Shown here: piece after piece, positions 11,524 through 20,668 of the stretch
Layout of the letters: each line of letters begins with the position of its first letter
Numbering within the stretch: the first letter of the stretch is position 1
Source: Gemmatimonadota bacterium
Lineage (GTDB): Bacteria; Gemmatimonadota; Gemmatimonadetes; Palauibacterales; Palauibacteraceae
DNA length: 64,000 nt
Reading direction: 5' to 3'
NCBI GenBank assembly: GCA_965116475.1
Contig: OZ220691.1
Span: 3,072,001-3,136,000 of the forward strand
Made by a program: the position numbers and the translations under genes
The notes under the pieces: generated by a model
Databases searched by the model: none
The model's input: the letters and a program-made list of their open reading frames with translations, nothing else
What the model was told of the DNA's origin: nothing

Positions 11524-14500
11524 TCAGCGGCGCGGGGGGATGCGGATCGGGTCGCCCAGATCCGGCATCACGCCCAGGTCGCCCAGCAGCGCCTCGAGCG
11601 CCGGCATGCGACCGGCCAGCAGCGCGTTGATGCGCTCCGCGACCGGCGGCAGCGCCTCCCAGGCCCGGTCGATCCGGTACACCTGGTCCGCCGTCGGTTC
11701 GCCGGACCAGCCCTCCATCTGCCCGATGCCGGCGCCTCCGGCGACGTCCCCGAGGTCATCGCCGATCTCCTCGAGTTCGTCGGAGATCTCCTCCGCCACG
11801 GCCTCGATCCGCTCGCGGTCGGCATCTCCCATCCCGGCGTCGTCCACGAGCGCCCGGATCTCGGCCAGCCGGTCGTTCATGGCGCCGATTCTCTGGCGCG
11901 CATCGCGCGCCGGACCCGCCAGCGCATGAGCCCGCAGCATCGCATCCTGCCGTGCCACGAGCGCCGCCCGACTCGCCTCGCGGCGCGGATCGAGCCGCAC
12001 GCCGACGTCCGTCGTCTGGCTCTCGCCTCCGACCGTGAGGCGCACCGTGTAGGTGCCGGGCAGCACGCGCGGCCCCGCGCCCGGCGGCGGTCCACGCGAG
12101 AAGCCTCCACCGCCCCCCTCCACGTCGAAGGCCGGATCGACCCGGAAGTCCCACAGCACTTCGTTCACGCCCGCCTCGCCACCCACCTCCATGGTGCGCA
12201 GCACCTCATTCCCATCGAGGACCTCGAGGCTCGCCCCGCCCGCGTCCACGCCCTCCCCCACGTAGTAGCGCAGGGGGATGCCCGCGGGCGGATTGGGAGC
12301 GATGAACGTCGCCGGCTGGAAGGGCCAGTCCATCCCCATCGACCACATCGTGCCGCGCCGCGCGCCGAACAGCCGAAAGTCGGAAGCGAGCACGTCCGCG
12401 GACATCTCCTCCAGCGGCGTGATGTCGTCCAGGATCCAGATGCTGCGCCCGTGCGTCCCCACGACGAGGTCGTTCTCGCGCGGGTGGATCGCGATGTCGT
12501 CCACCGCGACCACGGGGAGGTTGTTCGCCATCCGCGCCCACGATTCGCCGCGGTCGATCGACATGTAGATGCCGATCTCGTTCCCGACGAATAGGAGGTC
12601 GGGGTTCCGCGGGTGCTCCCGGATCACGTTCACCGACCAGCCGTCCGGGAGGCCGGCCGTGATCTGCCGCCAACTCGCGCCGTGATCCTCGCTCACGTAG
12701 GCGTACGGCGCGTAGTCGTCGTTCCGGTGGCCGTCGAACGTCACGTACACGCGGCCGTCGACCGCAGTCGACGTCTCGAGACGGCTGACGTACGTGCGCG
12801 GCGGCACGCCGGGGACCCCGTCAATGACGTTCGTCCAGGTCGCGCCGCCATCGAGCGTCACCTGCAGATTGCCGTCATCCGTCCCCACGTAGAGGGCGTC
12901 CGCGGCGTGCTTCGACTCGGCGAAGGCGGTGATGTTGCCGTAGGAGGCGATCCCGTCGTTGTCCGAGAGCGTCTCGTCCGTCACCACCCGGCCCATGATC
13001 TCCAGCGTGTCCCGGTCGATCTGCTTCGTGAGGTCCGGGCTCGCCTCCTCCCAGTTCAACCCCCGGTCCCTCGACCGGAACAGGTGGTTCCCGCCCAGGT
13101 AAATCGTCGCCCGGTCGTGGCGGGAGATCGCGAACGGCGAATCCCAGTTGAAGCGGTAGCGGCGCGGCTCCTCGTCCTCCGCCTCGGCTCCGGTCGGGCG
13201 CGGCACGGGCCGGATCGACTGCCCCTCCCGCGTGGCCACGTCGATGCGCGCCATGTTCCCGCCCTGCGACTCCGAGAACATGATGTTCGGGTCCTCGGGG
13301 TCGGAGTGGTTGTGGAACCCATCGCCGAACCACATGTGCGTCCACTCGCGGTTGCGGACGCCCCACGTGGACTGCGTCCGGTGCGGTGCGCACCAGTTCC
13401 CGTTGTCCTGCAGCCCGCCGCACACGTTGTACGGGTCGCTCATGTCGACGTCGATCTCGTAGAACTGGCCGATCGCCATGTTCCGGATCGACCGCCAGCT
13501 GACGGACCCGTCGCGCGAGAAGGCGAGCCCGCCGTCGTTCCCGTTGATGAGGTGGTTCGAGTTGTCGGGGTTGATCCACAACGCGTGGTGGTCGGAGTGG
13601 ATCTGGTCCGTCGCGTTCCCCGGCCACCAGGTGCGCCCCCCGTCGTCCGAGGCCGATGACTGGACGCCGCCCAGGTAGATCCGCTCCGGATTGTTGGGGT
13701 CGATCCGGATGAGGGAGAAGTACATGGGACGAGGGTTGCGGTCGCTCATGAACTCCCACGTCTCCCCGCGATCCGTGGAGCGGTACACGCCCTGGCCCTC
13801 GTGCGCCTCGACGATCGCGTACACGAGGTTGCCGTCGCGCCGGTAGATGTCGAGCCCGATGCGGCCGAGTTCGCCCTCCGGCAGCCCCTCCTCGAGCCGC
13901 GTCCAGTTCTCCCCGCCGTCCGTCGTGCGCCACAGGCCCGACCCGCCGCCGCCGGCCGCGAACCCGAATCCCGTGCGCTGCCGCTGGTACATGGCCGCGA
14001 AGAGCGTGTTCGGATCGTTGTGATCCATGACGAGGTCGATGATCCCGGTGTGTTCGTCGAGGTAGAGGATGTTCTCCCACGTCGCCCCGCCATCGGTCGT
14101 CTTGAAGAGCCCGCGCTCCTCGTTCGGTCCCCACAGGTGGCCGACGGCCCCCACGTATACGACATCGGGGTCCCGCGGATCGATCTTGATGCGGCTGATG
14201 TGGCGCGTGTCCTCGAGCCCCACGTGCGTCCACGTCCCGCCCGCGTCCGTCGACTTGAACACGCCGACGCCCCACGGCGAACTCTGCCGGTTCGCCGGCT
14301 CGCCCGTTCCCACCCACACGTGGTTGGGATTGGAAGGCGCCACGCTCACGGCGCCGACCGAGGAGGTGGGCTGGTCGTCGAACACGGGGTCCCACGTCAT
14401 GCCGTCGTTCGTCGTCTTCCACACCCCTCCCGCGCCGAGGCCGACGTAGAAGATGCGCGGGTCGCTCTCCACGACCGCGAGATCCGCCACGCGCCCGCCC

Positions 14501-14670
14501 ATGATCGCGGGGCCCAGTTCGCGGAACTCGAGTCCGGAGGCCGCCTCGGCGGCCCGCTCCGAGGCGGACTGTCCCTGCGCCGGGCCGGGGAGCGCCGCCG
14601 CGAGGACAAGCGGAATAAGGGAAGACACGAGATTGCGGGAGAATCGCTGGAACTTCGACTGGGACGCCAT
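11524..14670 (-). CDS. Secreted VPS10/sortilin-like BNR (Asp-box) repeat beta-propeller protein
   Basis: Signal peptide; FRELGPAIMGGRVAD start; many S/T-x-D-G-G-x-T-W repeats; CGGLQDNG; GTHGRSIWILDD; GGAGG RBS before ATG 14670. Confidence 0.88.
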   Translation of the reverse strand: MASQSKFQRFSRNLVSSLIPLVLAAALPGPAQGQSASERAAEAASGLEFRELGPAIMGGRVADLAVVESDPRIFYVGLGAGGVWKTTNDGMTWDPVFDDQPTSSVGAVSVAPSNPNHVWVGTGEPANRQSSPWGVGVFKSTDAGGTWTHVGLEDTRHISRIKIDPRDPDVVYVGAVGHLWGPNEERGLFKTTDGGATWENILYLDEHTGIIDLVMDHNDPNTLFAAMYQRQRTGFGFAAGGGGSGLWRTTDGGENWTRLEEGLPEGELGRIGLDIYRRDGNLVYAIVEAHEGQGVYRSTDRGETWEFMSDRNPRPMYFSLIRIDPNNPERIYLGGVQSSASDDGGRTWWPGNATDQIHSDHHALWINPDNSNHLINGNDGGLAFSRDGSVSWRSIRNMAIGQFYEIDVDMSDPYNVCGGLQDNGNWCAPHRTQSTWGVRNREWTHMWFGDGFHNHSDPEDPNIMFSESQGGNMARIDVATREGQSIRPVPRPTGAEAEDEEPRRYRFNWDSPFAISRHDRATIYLGGNHLFRSRDRGLNWEEASPDLTKQIDRDTLEIMGRVVTDETLSDNDGIASYGNITAFAESKHAADALYVGTDDGNLQVTLDGGATWTNVIDGVPGVPPRTYVSRLETSTAVDGRVYVTFDGHRNDDYAPYAYVSEDHGASWRQITAGLPDGWSVNVIREHPRNPDLLFVGNEIGIYMSIDRGESWARMANNLPVVAVDDIAIHPRENDLVVGTHGRSIWILDDITPLEEMSADVLASDFRLFGARRGTMWSMGMDWPFQPATFIAPNPPAGIPLRYYVGEGVDAGGASLEVLDGNEVLRTMEVGGEAGVNEVLWDFRVDPAFDVEGGGGGFSRGPPPGAGPRVLPGTYTVRLTVGGESQTTDVGVRLDPRREASRAALVARQDAMLRAHALAGPARDARQRIGAMNDRLAEIRALVDDAGMGDADRERIEAVAEEISDELEEIGDDLGDVAGGAGIGQMEGWSGEPTADQVYRIDRAWEALPPVAERINALLAGRMPALEALLGDLGVMPDLGDPIRIPPRR

Positions 14671-14815
14671 CGGAACCTCCGGAGTGACGGCGAAAAACCG
14701 CGTAAAACAGGACATCCGAACAGTGATTCCCGCGAAGCCTGCCGCGCAAGGCAACGGCACGCTGCCGCGACGCCCCCACTTGTCTCGCGATGAGGGGGCG
14801 GCTTACTTGCCCGGC

Positions 14816-16120
14816 ATGCGCTTCGGGACCACACGAGAGCTGTCGGGATGGCAGGGCCGGGAGCGGCTTCGCCGCGCGCTTGCCGTCGCCTCCCTTGCGG
14901 CCCTCGTCGCCGCGCCCCTCTTCGCGGCGGCCCCATCCGCCCCGGTCGCCGATCCGGACTCCGTTCTGCGCATCACGTTCCTCGATGTGGGGCAGGCGGA
15001 TGCCGTCCTCATCCAGGCGCCGGGCGGCCGGACGGCGCTCGTGGACGCGGGGCGCGACGACATCGTCCGGTTGCTGCGGCAGTTCGGCGTGAGCGAAATC
15101 GATCTGCTCGTCGCGACGCACCCCCACGCGGATCACATCGGAGGCATGGCCGGCGTCATCGCGGCGTTCCCGGTGCGTTTCTACATGGACAACGGGGAGC
15201 CGCACACGACGCAGACCTACCGGCGGCTGCTCGCCGCTCTCGACGCGCGGCCGGAGATCACCTACCTGGAGGCCTCGCCCCGGACGCTCACGCTCGGCGA
15301 GGTCGAGATCGATGTCCTGCCGCTGCTCCCGCGGGGGACCACGGACCACAACGACCGCTCGGTCAGCCTGCTCGTGCGGTTCGGGGAGTTCCGCGCCTTC
15401 CTGAGCGGCGATTCGGAGGTGCGGCAACTGACGCACCTGGTGAACCGGGAGGCCGTCCCCGAGGTGGCGCTGCTCAAGGCGCCCCACCACGGGAGTGACA
15501 ACGGCTTCACCTGGGAGTTTCTGAACGCCGCCAGACCACGGGTCGTCGTCATCTCGGTGGGCCGCAACAGCTACGGCCATCCGCGGCCGGCGGCCCTCCG
15601 CGCCTACGAGGCGTCGGGGGCCACCGTGTTCCGGACGGATTGGCACGGCCACGTCTCCGTGCAAGGGCGCGAGACCGGCGACTACGACGTCTCGTTCGGC
15701 GGGGAGGTCGCGTTGCGGGGGACCGGAGACGAGCCGCGCGACGCGCCAGTGGCGGCTCCCGGGCCGACCGCCCTCCCCGCCACGCCGGGTGACACACGGC
15801 TCCAACTCTGGGTGCACGCCGACGCGCCGGGCAACGATCACGGGAATCCGAACGGCGAGTACGCCGTGATCCGGAACCTGGAATCCAACGACCGTCCGAT
15901 CGGCGGTTGGTCGCTGTGTGACCGGGCGAACCACTGCTTCCGGTTCCCGGCGGGCGCCGTCCTTGCGGCCGACGGACAACTCGTCGTCCATAGCGGTGCC
16001 GGACGTGCCGACGGCACCCGCTACTACATGGGTCGGCGGCAGGCCGTGTGGAACAACAACGGCGACACCGCGACCCTCTACGACGAAGCCGGGGGCGTCG
16101 TCATCGTGTTCGACTATTGA
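14816..16120 (+). CDS. Exported ComEC/Rec2-type metallo-beta-lactamase-fold hydrolase with C-terminal lamin-tail domain
   Basis: FLDVGQADA, THPHADHIGG, SGD, KAPHHGS, NSYGHP, FRTD motifs; C-terminal NGEYAVIRN...IGGWSL...VWNNNGDTATLYD lamin-tail pattern; hydrophobic N-terminus. Confidence 0.85.
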   Translation: MRFGTTRELSGWQGRERLRRALAVASLAALVAAPLFAAAPSAPVADPDSVLRITFLDVGQADAVLIQAPGGRTALVDAGRDDIVRLLRQFGVSEIDLLVATHPHADHIGGMAGVIAAFPVRFYMDNGEPHTTQTYRRLLAALDARPEITYLEASPRTLTLGEVEIDVLPLLPRGTTDHNDRSVSLLVRFGEFRAFLSGDSEVRQLTHLVNREAVPEVALLKAPHHGSDNGFTWEFLNAARPRVVVISVGRNSYGHPRPAALRAYEASGATVFRTDWHGHVSVQGRETGDYDVSFGGEVALRGTGDEPRDAPVAAPGPTALPATPGDTRLQLWVHADAPGNDHGNPNGEYAVIRNLESNDRPIGGWSLCDRANHCFRFPAGAVLAADGQLVVHSGAGRADGTRYYMGRRQAVWNNNGDTATLYDEAGGVVIVFDY

Positions 16121-16410
16121 GCCCGCAAGAACACGTCTGGGTCGTCGACCGCGTGGAGGGGTCGGTCGCCGTTCTCATCCGCGATGGGGATGAGCGCACC
16201 GGGGATGAGCGCACCGAGGAGGTGCCCATCGCGACGCTTGCCCCCGGGAGCCGCGCAGGTGTGGTCCTGCGGGTACCGGAGAAGGACGGACGGCCGGACT
16301 GGGCTGCGGCCGTGCCGGACGAGGAAGCTCGCCGCGCCCGCCTGAGCGAGGCGGAAGACGTGCTCCGGCGCCTGAGACGGCGGGATCCCGGCGGCGACGT
16401 CACGTTGTAG
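16117..16410 (+). CDS. DUF3006-like small protein
   Basis: TTGA overlap with upstream stop; VVDRVEGSVAVL...LAPGSRAGVVL...DEEARRAR pattern. Confidence 0.7.
   Translation: MSPQEHVWVVDRVEGSVAVLIRDGDERTGDERTEEVPIATLAPGSRAGVVLRVPEKDGRPDWAAAVPDEEARRARLSEAEDVLRRLRRRDPGGDVTL
16186..16215 (+). repeat. 15-bp tandem duplication (GGGGATGAGCGCACC x2; GDERT-GDERT)
   Basis: Read directly from sequence. Confidence 0.9.
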
Positions 16411-16445
16411 CCGACGCAGACAGCCGCCTTTCTCGTGCCCGGTCG

Positions 16446-16466
16446 ATGTCGTACAATGTATGACAT
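16446..16466 (+). promoter_or_regulatory. Palindromic operator over the -10 element and start codon of the RHH/PIN TA pair (likely leaderless)
   Basis: ATGTCGTACA-A-TGTATGACAT (one mismatch); TACAAT at 16452-16457, 7 nt before ATG 16465; no RBS. Confidence 0.7.
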
Positions 16467-16686
16467 GAAAACGGCGACCGTGACCATCAGGATCGATCCC
16501 CGGCTGGAACGTCGGTTGAGCCGCGCCGCGGAGCGGAGCGGGCGGAGCAGGAGCGCGTTCGTCCGTGACGCCCTGGAACGTCAGCTCGCGTTGGACCGGT
16601 TGGCCGATCTTCGCCGCCAGATCACACCGTTCGCGGAAGCACGGGGATACCTCACGGACGAGGACGTTTTCCGCGAAGTCTCTTGA
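16465..16686 (+). CDS. CopG/ribbon-helix-helix antitoxin
   Basis: ATVTIRIDPRLERRL...SRSAFVRDAL RHH motif; GYLTDEDVF tail; coupled to a PIN gene. Confidence 0.82.
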   Translation: MKTATVTIRIDPRLERRLSRAAERSGRSRSAFVRDALERQLALDRLADLRRQITPFAEARGYLTDEDVFREVS

Positions 16687-17105
16687 GGGTATTCCTCGAC
16701 ACGAACGTTCTGGTCAGTGCTGTGGCCACCCGAGGCCTCTGCTCCGATGTGCTTCAGGTCGTGATCGCGAATCACTCGCTCGTCGCGGGCGAGACCGTGC
16801 TTCATGAGTTGCGCCGAGTGCTCGATGAGAAATTCCGAGTCCCCCCCACCATGATCGATGCGGCGGACGAGTTCCTTCGTGAGGCGGCCGTAGTCGTGGC
16901 TGAAGCCGCCCCGCACTCGATCGAGCTGGTCGATCCCGACGATATCCCGGTGCTCGGAGAGGCGGTTGCCGGTCGGGCCGATGTGCTGGTCACCGGAGAC
17001 AGGGATCTCCTTCGGGTCGAGGGGGAGGCGCCCGTGGCGATTGTGAGCCCCCGAGGCTTCTGGGACGCCCTCAGGTCGGAGAGCTCGCCGGGTCCGGGTG
17101 CATGA
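16683..17105 (+). CDS. PIN-domain toxin (VapC-like)
   Basis: VFLDTNVLVSA, ELRRVL, DPDD, ADVLVTGDRDLL acidic PIN residues; TTGA overlap with antitoxin. Confidence 0.9.
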   Translation: MRVFLDTNVLVSAVATRGLCSDVLQVVIANHSLVAGETVLHELRRVLDEKFRVPPTMIDAADEFLREAAVVVAEAAPHSIELVDPDDIPVLGEAVAGRADVLVTGDRDLLRVEGEAPVAIVSPRGFWDALRSESSPGPGA

Positions 17106-18606
17106 CCACCTCGAAATCCTCCTCGAAGCCCACCCGGGTGGGGGAGGGGAGGTAGCGGGAGAGGTCGAGTTGGGCGCCTTCGAGTTCGCGGTCGAAGGCG
17201 GCCAGGTCTCGTTCCGAGGCCTCCGCGGCGGTGTCGGACGTTGCGTAGACGATCGGGCCGAGCCGCTGATCCTGGAGCTTCAGCCGGCGCCGCATGAACT
17301 CCGCCTCGACGAAGCTCTCCCGTATCGCGGCGAAACGATACCTGAACCCGTCATCCTCCGCCTCCACTTCCGCGTCGAACTCGGCCGCCAGGCGCTCCAG
17401 CTCCGCCTGGATCAGCTTCGGCGGCACCTGCTGGTCCTCGAGTGCGCGCGTCACGTGGTGGATCGCGTCGGCGGCCGCGACCCAGCGGACGGTCCCGGCG
17501 CTGCGGGAGTAGACCAGGCCCACGAGCAGGCGCCGCACGTTGCGCCGCATCCGCGCGCGGTTCTCGCCGCCCAGTGCCAGCGAGCGGACGATGGGGATCG
17601 CGAAGAAGAGGCTGCTGAAGGTGAAGGGTATCACGCCGAGTCCGTAGAACATGACCGGATCGAACGTGGAGGGCAGTCCGAGCACGCTCGCCATGGCCAG
17701 GTTGAAGCCGTTCATGGCGCCGATGCCGAAGTTGGCGCCGGCGTTGTTCCCCGTCAGCTTCCTGGGGTACTCCAGCCGCATCCAGGCCGGTTTGGGCTCT
17801 CGCGCGCGGATCCGCCCGTGGGCGCTTTTCATCAGCTCGGGGAAGGCGTACACCACCTCCCCCGCCTCCGACACGCGCGGGTCGCCTCCGTAGGCGCCGG
17901 TGAGGCGTCCCATCTCTTCGACGGCGTCGTCGATCGGCAGGCCGGTGTGCTCGATCAACTCCGAGGACGTCAGGATGCCCTTTCGTGCCTGGATCAGCTG
18001 GACGACCGTGCGATCCTTCTGGAGTTGCGTCGGCCGGGGCTCCTCGGGGCCGAAGATGAAGGCGAAGACCTTCTTGTAGAAGGGCGGCCGGGCGTCCTTC
18101 GGGAGCCGTCTGGCGTGGCGGTCGCCGTAGTAGAGGCCCCTCCGGTCCCACCCGCGCCCCCCGAGCAGCCAGTGGAGGATGAACAGATCGCCCAGGCTGA
18201 AGCCTCTGCGCCCGCCGGAGCCGCGACCGTCGCGGTTGGCGGTCAGCAGCGCGATCAGGAGCACGACGAAGACGACGAAGTAGACGACCAGCATGACCGC
18301 CGTCCAGACCTTGAAGCCGACCTTGAAGGCCGACCAGGCGATCCTGCGGAAGCGCGACAGGAACGGTTCCGCGTCCCGCTCGCTGAGCCCGGGATCGAAG
18401 CGGTAGAGGAGGTCGCCCGAGTCGGAGACTTCGAGGTGGCCGCGATGCGTCTCCAGAAGCGTCCTCAGGGTGACCTCGGCCTCGTGGTCCGGCAATCCGG
18501 TGGCGGAGACGACATCGCCCAGGGTGGCGCGTCCCTCAAGGCCACGGAGGGCGGAGATGACCGCACGCTCGGGGCGGCGGGGGGCAGCTGTGACTGGATC
18601 GAGCAC
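17071..18606 (-). CDS. Hypothetical membrane protein with repeated helical/wHTH-like modules, resembling the uncharacterised At5g03900-like family
   Basis: 511 aa, several TM segments; repeats LEVSDSGDLLYRF / PRVSEAGEVVYAFPEL / AEVEAEDDGFRYRF; family resemblance from memory only. Confidence 0.6.
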   Translation of the reverse strand: MLDPVTAAPRRPERAVISALRGLEGRATLGDVVSATGLPDHEAEVTLRTLLETHRGHLEVSDSGDLLYRFDPGLSERDAEPFLSRFRRIAWSAFKVGFKVWTAVMLVVYFVVFVVLLIALLTANRDGRGSGGRRGFSLGDLFILHWLLGGRGWDRRGLYYGDRHARRLPKDARPPFYKKVFAFIFGPEEPRPTQLQKDRTVVQLIQARKGILTSSELIEHTGLPIDDAVEEMGRLTGAYGGDPRVSEAGEVVYAFPELMKSAHGRIRAREPKPAWMRLEYPRKLTGNNAGANFGIGAMNGFNLAMASVLGLPSTFDPVMFYGLGVIPFTFSSLFFAIPIVRSLALGGENRARMRRNVRRLLVGLVYSRSAGTVRWVAAADAIHHVTRALEDQQVPPKLIQAELERLAAEFDAEVEAEDDGFRYRFAAIRESFVEAEFMRRRLKLQDQRLGPIVYATSDTAAEASERDLAAFDRELEGAQLDLSRYLPSPTRVGFEEDFEVVMHPDPASSPT

Positions 18607-18703
18607 GCGTGATGGCCCTTTCTCCGGAGACTTCCGTCTACGATAGCCTATAGGCGGGAGTCCCGCGGGTATTGCACACGTTTCCGTCGCCGTGTCCCCG
18701 GTC

Positions 18704-18733
18704 TTGAGCAGTGGCCTGCTGTGGATCTAGGAT
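18704..18733 (+). promoter_or_regulatory. Putative promoter of GGT-like copy 1
   Basis: TTGAGC-N18-TAGGAT; same element conserved at 20604-20633. Confidence 0.55.
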
Positions 18734-18777
18734 TCACGAAGACAGAGTCTGCGATCCCCCTGCCCAGGAGGCGTCCC

Positions 18778-20517
18778 ATGAAGCGCCGAGACTTCCTCGC
18801 CACTTCCGCCGCGGCCGCCGCCGGATCGGGCCTCGTCGCCTGCCGTCCCCCCGAGACGTCCGCCGCCCCGCCCCTCACCTCCGGGCAGTGGGGTTCCGGC
18901 GACTACTCGCATGTGCCCGGCCTGGCGGGCCCCGCGCACGGCACCGTGTGGGGTCGCACGGGCGTGACGGCCTGCTCCGACTACTACGCGTCGCTCGCCG
19001 GCACACAGACCATGATGCAGGGAGGGAACGCGATCGACGCGATGGTCGCCGCGTGCGCCACGCTGAACGTGTCGGATCCCTACATGTCCGGGATCGGGGG
19101 ATTCGGCGGCTACATGCTCATCTACCTGGCCGAGGAGAACCGCGTCGTCGGGCTCGATGCGCTCGGCCGCTCCCCCGCGGCCTCGTCCCCGGAGACGATG
19201 ACCCTGGCCGACTTCGCGATGGGCTACAAGGCGCCGATCGTGCCCGGCGCCTTCAAGGGGTGGGCCGCCGCGCTGGAGCGCTACGGCACGATGAGCCTCG
19301 GCGACCTGTTCGAGCCCGCGATCCGGCTCGCCGAGGACGGCTTCGTGTTCTCGAAGTTCGACGAGCGCTACACGCAGTCGAGCGCGGACAAACTGAGCCG
19401 CTATCCTTCGACGACCCGCGTGTTCTTCCCCAACGGCCGCCCGCCGCGGATGGGCGAGATCATCCGGCAGCCGGAGCTCGCGGCGAGCATGCGACACCTG
19501 GCCCGTGCCGGGGCGGACGACCTCTACAGGGGTGAACTCGCCGATCGCATCGTCGCCTTCCTGGCCGCGAACGGCGGCCACCTCACGAAGGCGGATCTGG
19601 AATCGTACGAGGTCGAGTGGAGGGAGCCGATCAAGACGACCTTCCAGGGATACGATCTGCACGCCATGCCCCCTGGCTCCTGTGGGATGTCGATGTTCCA
19701 GGCGCTGAACATCATGGACGGATTCGACCTCGCGAACATGGACCTGTACGGGTCGGAGTTCGTGCACTTGTGGCTCGAGGCGATGAAGCTGGCCCTCGCC
19801 GACGACGACCGGTACAACACCGGGAAGGAAGACGTGGACATCCCGGTTGAGATGATCATCTCCCGTGAATACGCGGACGAGCAGCGCGCGAAGATCGATC
19901 CCGTGCGCGTCGCCTCCTTCTCCGGGGCCCCGCTGCCGTTCTACGGGACGACGAGTCTCTCCACCGTCGACCGCTGGGGGAATGCGGTCGCCTTCACGCA
20001 GTCCCTCGTGAACGCGTACGGAAGCGGGGTGATCGCGGGGGACACCGGCATCTTCCTCAACAACGGCCACATGTTCGGTTTCGTGCTCGATGAGGGACAC
20101 GTGAACCACCTCGAGGGCGGAAAGCGGGCCAAGGGGGTGATGACGCCGTGCATCATGATGAGGGACGGGGATCTGTTCGCGGCGGTCGGCGCCCAGGGCG
20201 GCTACACGATCCCGCAGACGGTCGGCCAGGTGATCACGAAACTCGCCGTGGCGGGCATGGACATGCAGTTGGCGATCGCCTCCCCCCGCATGTGTGTGAA
20301 CCGTGGCGGGGGGCGGACGCCGATCCCGGAGGATTCCGTGACTTATCTGGAGGCGGGGTTCCCCCCGGAGGTTTATCGGCAACTGGCGGACCGTGGCCAC
20401 TATCTGGCCGAACCGGGGAATCTGGGCGGTGTGCAGGCCGTGCATCGGGATGCGGAGACCGGTGCTCTGTCCGGCGGATCGGACCCGCGCCGGGACGGCC
20501 ACGCGATCGCCTGGTGA
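18778..20517 (+). CDS. Gamma-glutamyltransferase-fold Ntn hydrolase, Tat lipoprotein, copy 1
   Basis: AGGAGG RBS; MKRRDFL...LVAC; GGNAIDA, PYMSGIGG, VPGAFKGW, GTTSLS nucleophile, GIFLNN, GSDPRRDG. Confidence 0.9.
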   Translation: MKRRDFLATSAAAAAGSGLVACRPPETSAAPPLTSGQWGSGDYSHVPGLAGPAHGTVWGRTGVTACSDYYASLAGTQTMMQGGNAIDAMVAACATLNVSDPYMSGIGGFGGYMLIYLAEENRVVGLDALGRSPAASSPETMTLADFAMGYKAPIVPGAFKGWAAALERYGTMSLGDLFEPAIRLAEDGFVFSKFDERYTQSSADKLSRYPSTTRVFFPNGRPPRMGEIIRQPELAASMRHLARAGADDLYRGELADRIVAFLAANGGHLTKADLESYEVEWREPIKTTFQGYDLHAMPPGSCGMSMFQALNIMDGFDLANMDLYGSEFVHLWLEAMKLALADDDRYNTGKEDVDIPVEMIISREYADEQRAKIDPVRVASFSGAPLPFYGTTSLSTVDRWGNAVAFTQSLVNAYGSGVIAGDTGIFLNNGHMFGFVLDEGHVNHLEGGKRAKGVMTPCIMMRDGDLFAAVGAQGGYTIPQTVGQVITKLAVAGMDMQLAIASPRMCVNRGGGRTPIPEDSVTYLEAGFPPEVYRQLADRGHYLAEPGNLGGVQAVHRDAETGALSGGSDPRRDGHAIAW

Positions 20518-20603
20518 GCGCTGCGCGCCCGCCAGGCACGATGGCGCGCCGCCGCCACGCCCAGTGGTCGCCCGCCCGCGAGGGCGCCACGGGCTGAGGG
20601 GTC

Positions 20604-20633
20604 TTGAGCGGTGGCCTGCGGGGGGTCTAGGAT
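20604..20633 (+). promoter_or_regulatory. Putative promoter of GGT-like copy 2, duplicated with the gene
   Basis: TTGAGC-N18-TAGGAT followed by GTCTGCGATCCCCCTGCCCAGGAGGCGTCCCATG, identical to the copy 1 leader. Confidence 0.55.
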
Positions 20634-20668
20634 CAAGGTCTGCGATCCCCCTGCCCAGGAGGCGTCCC

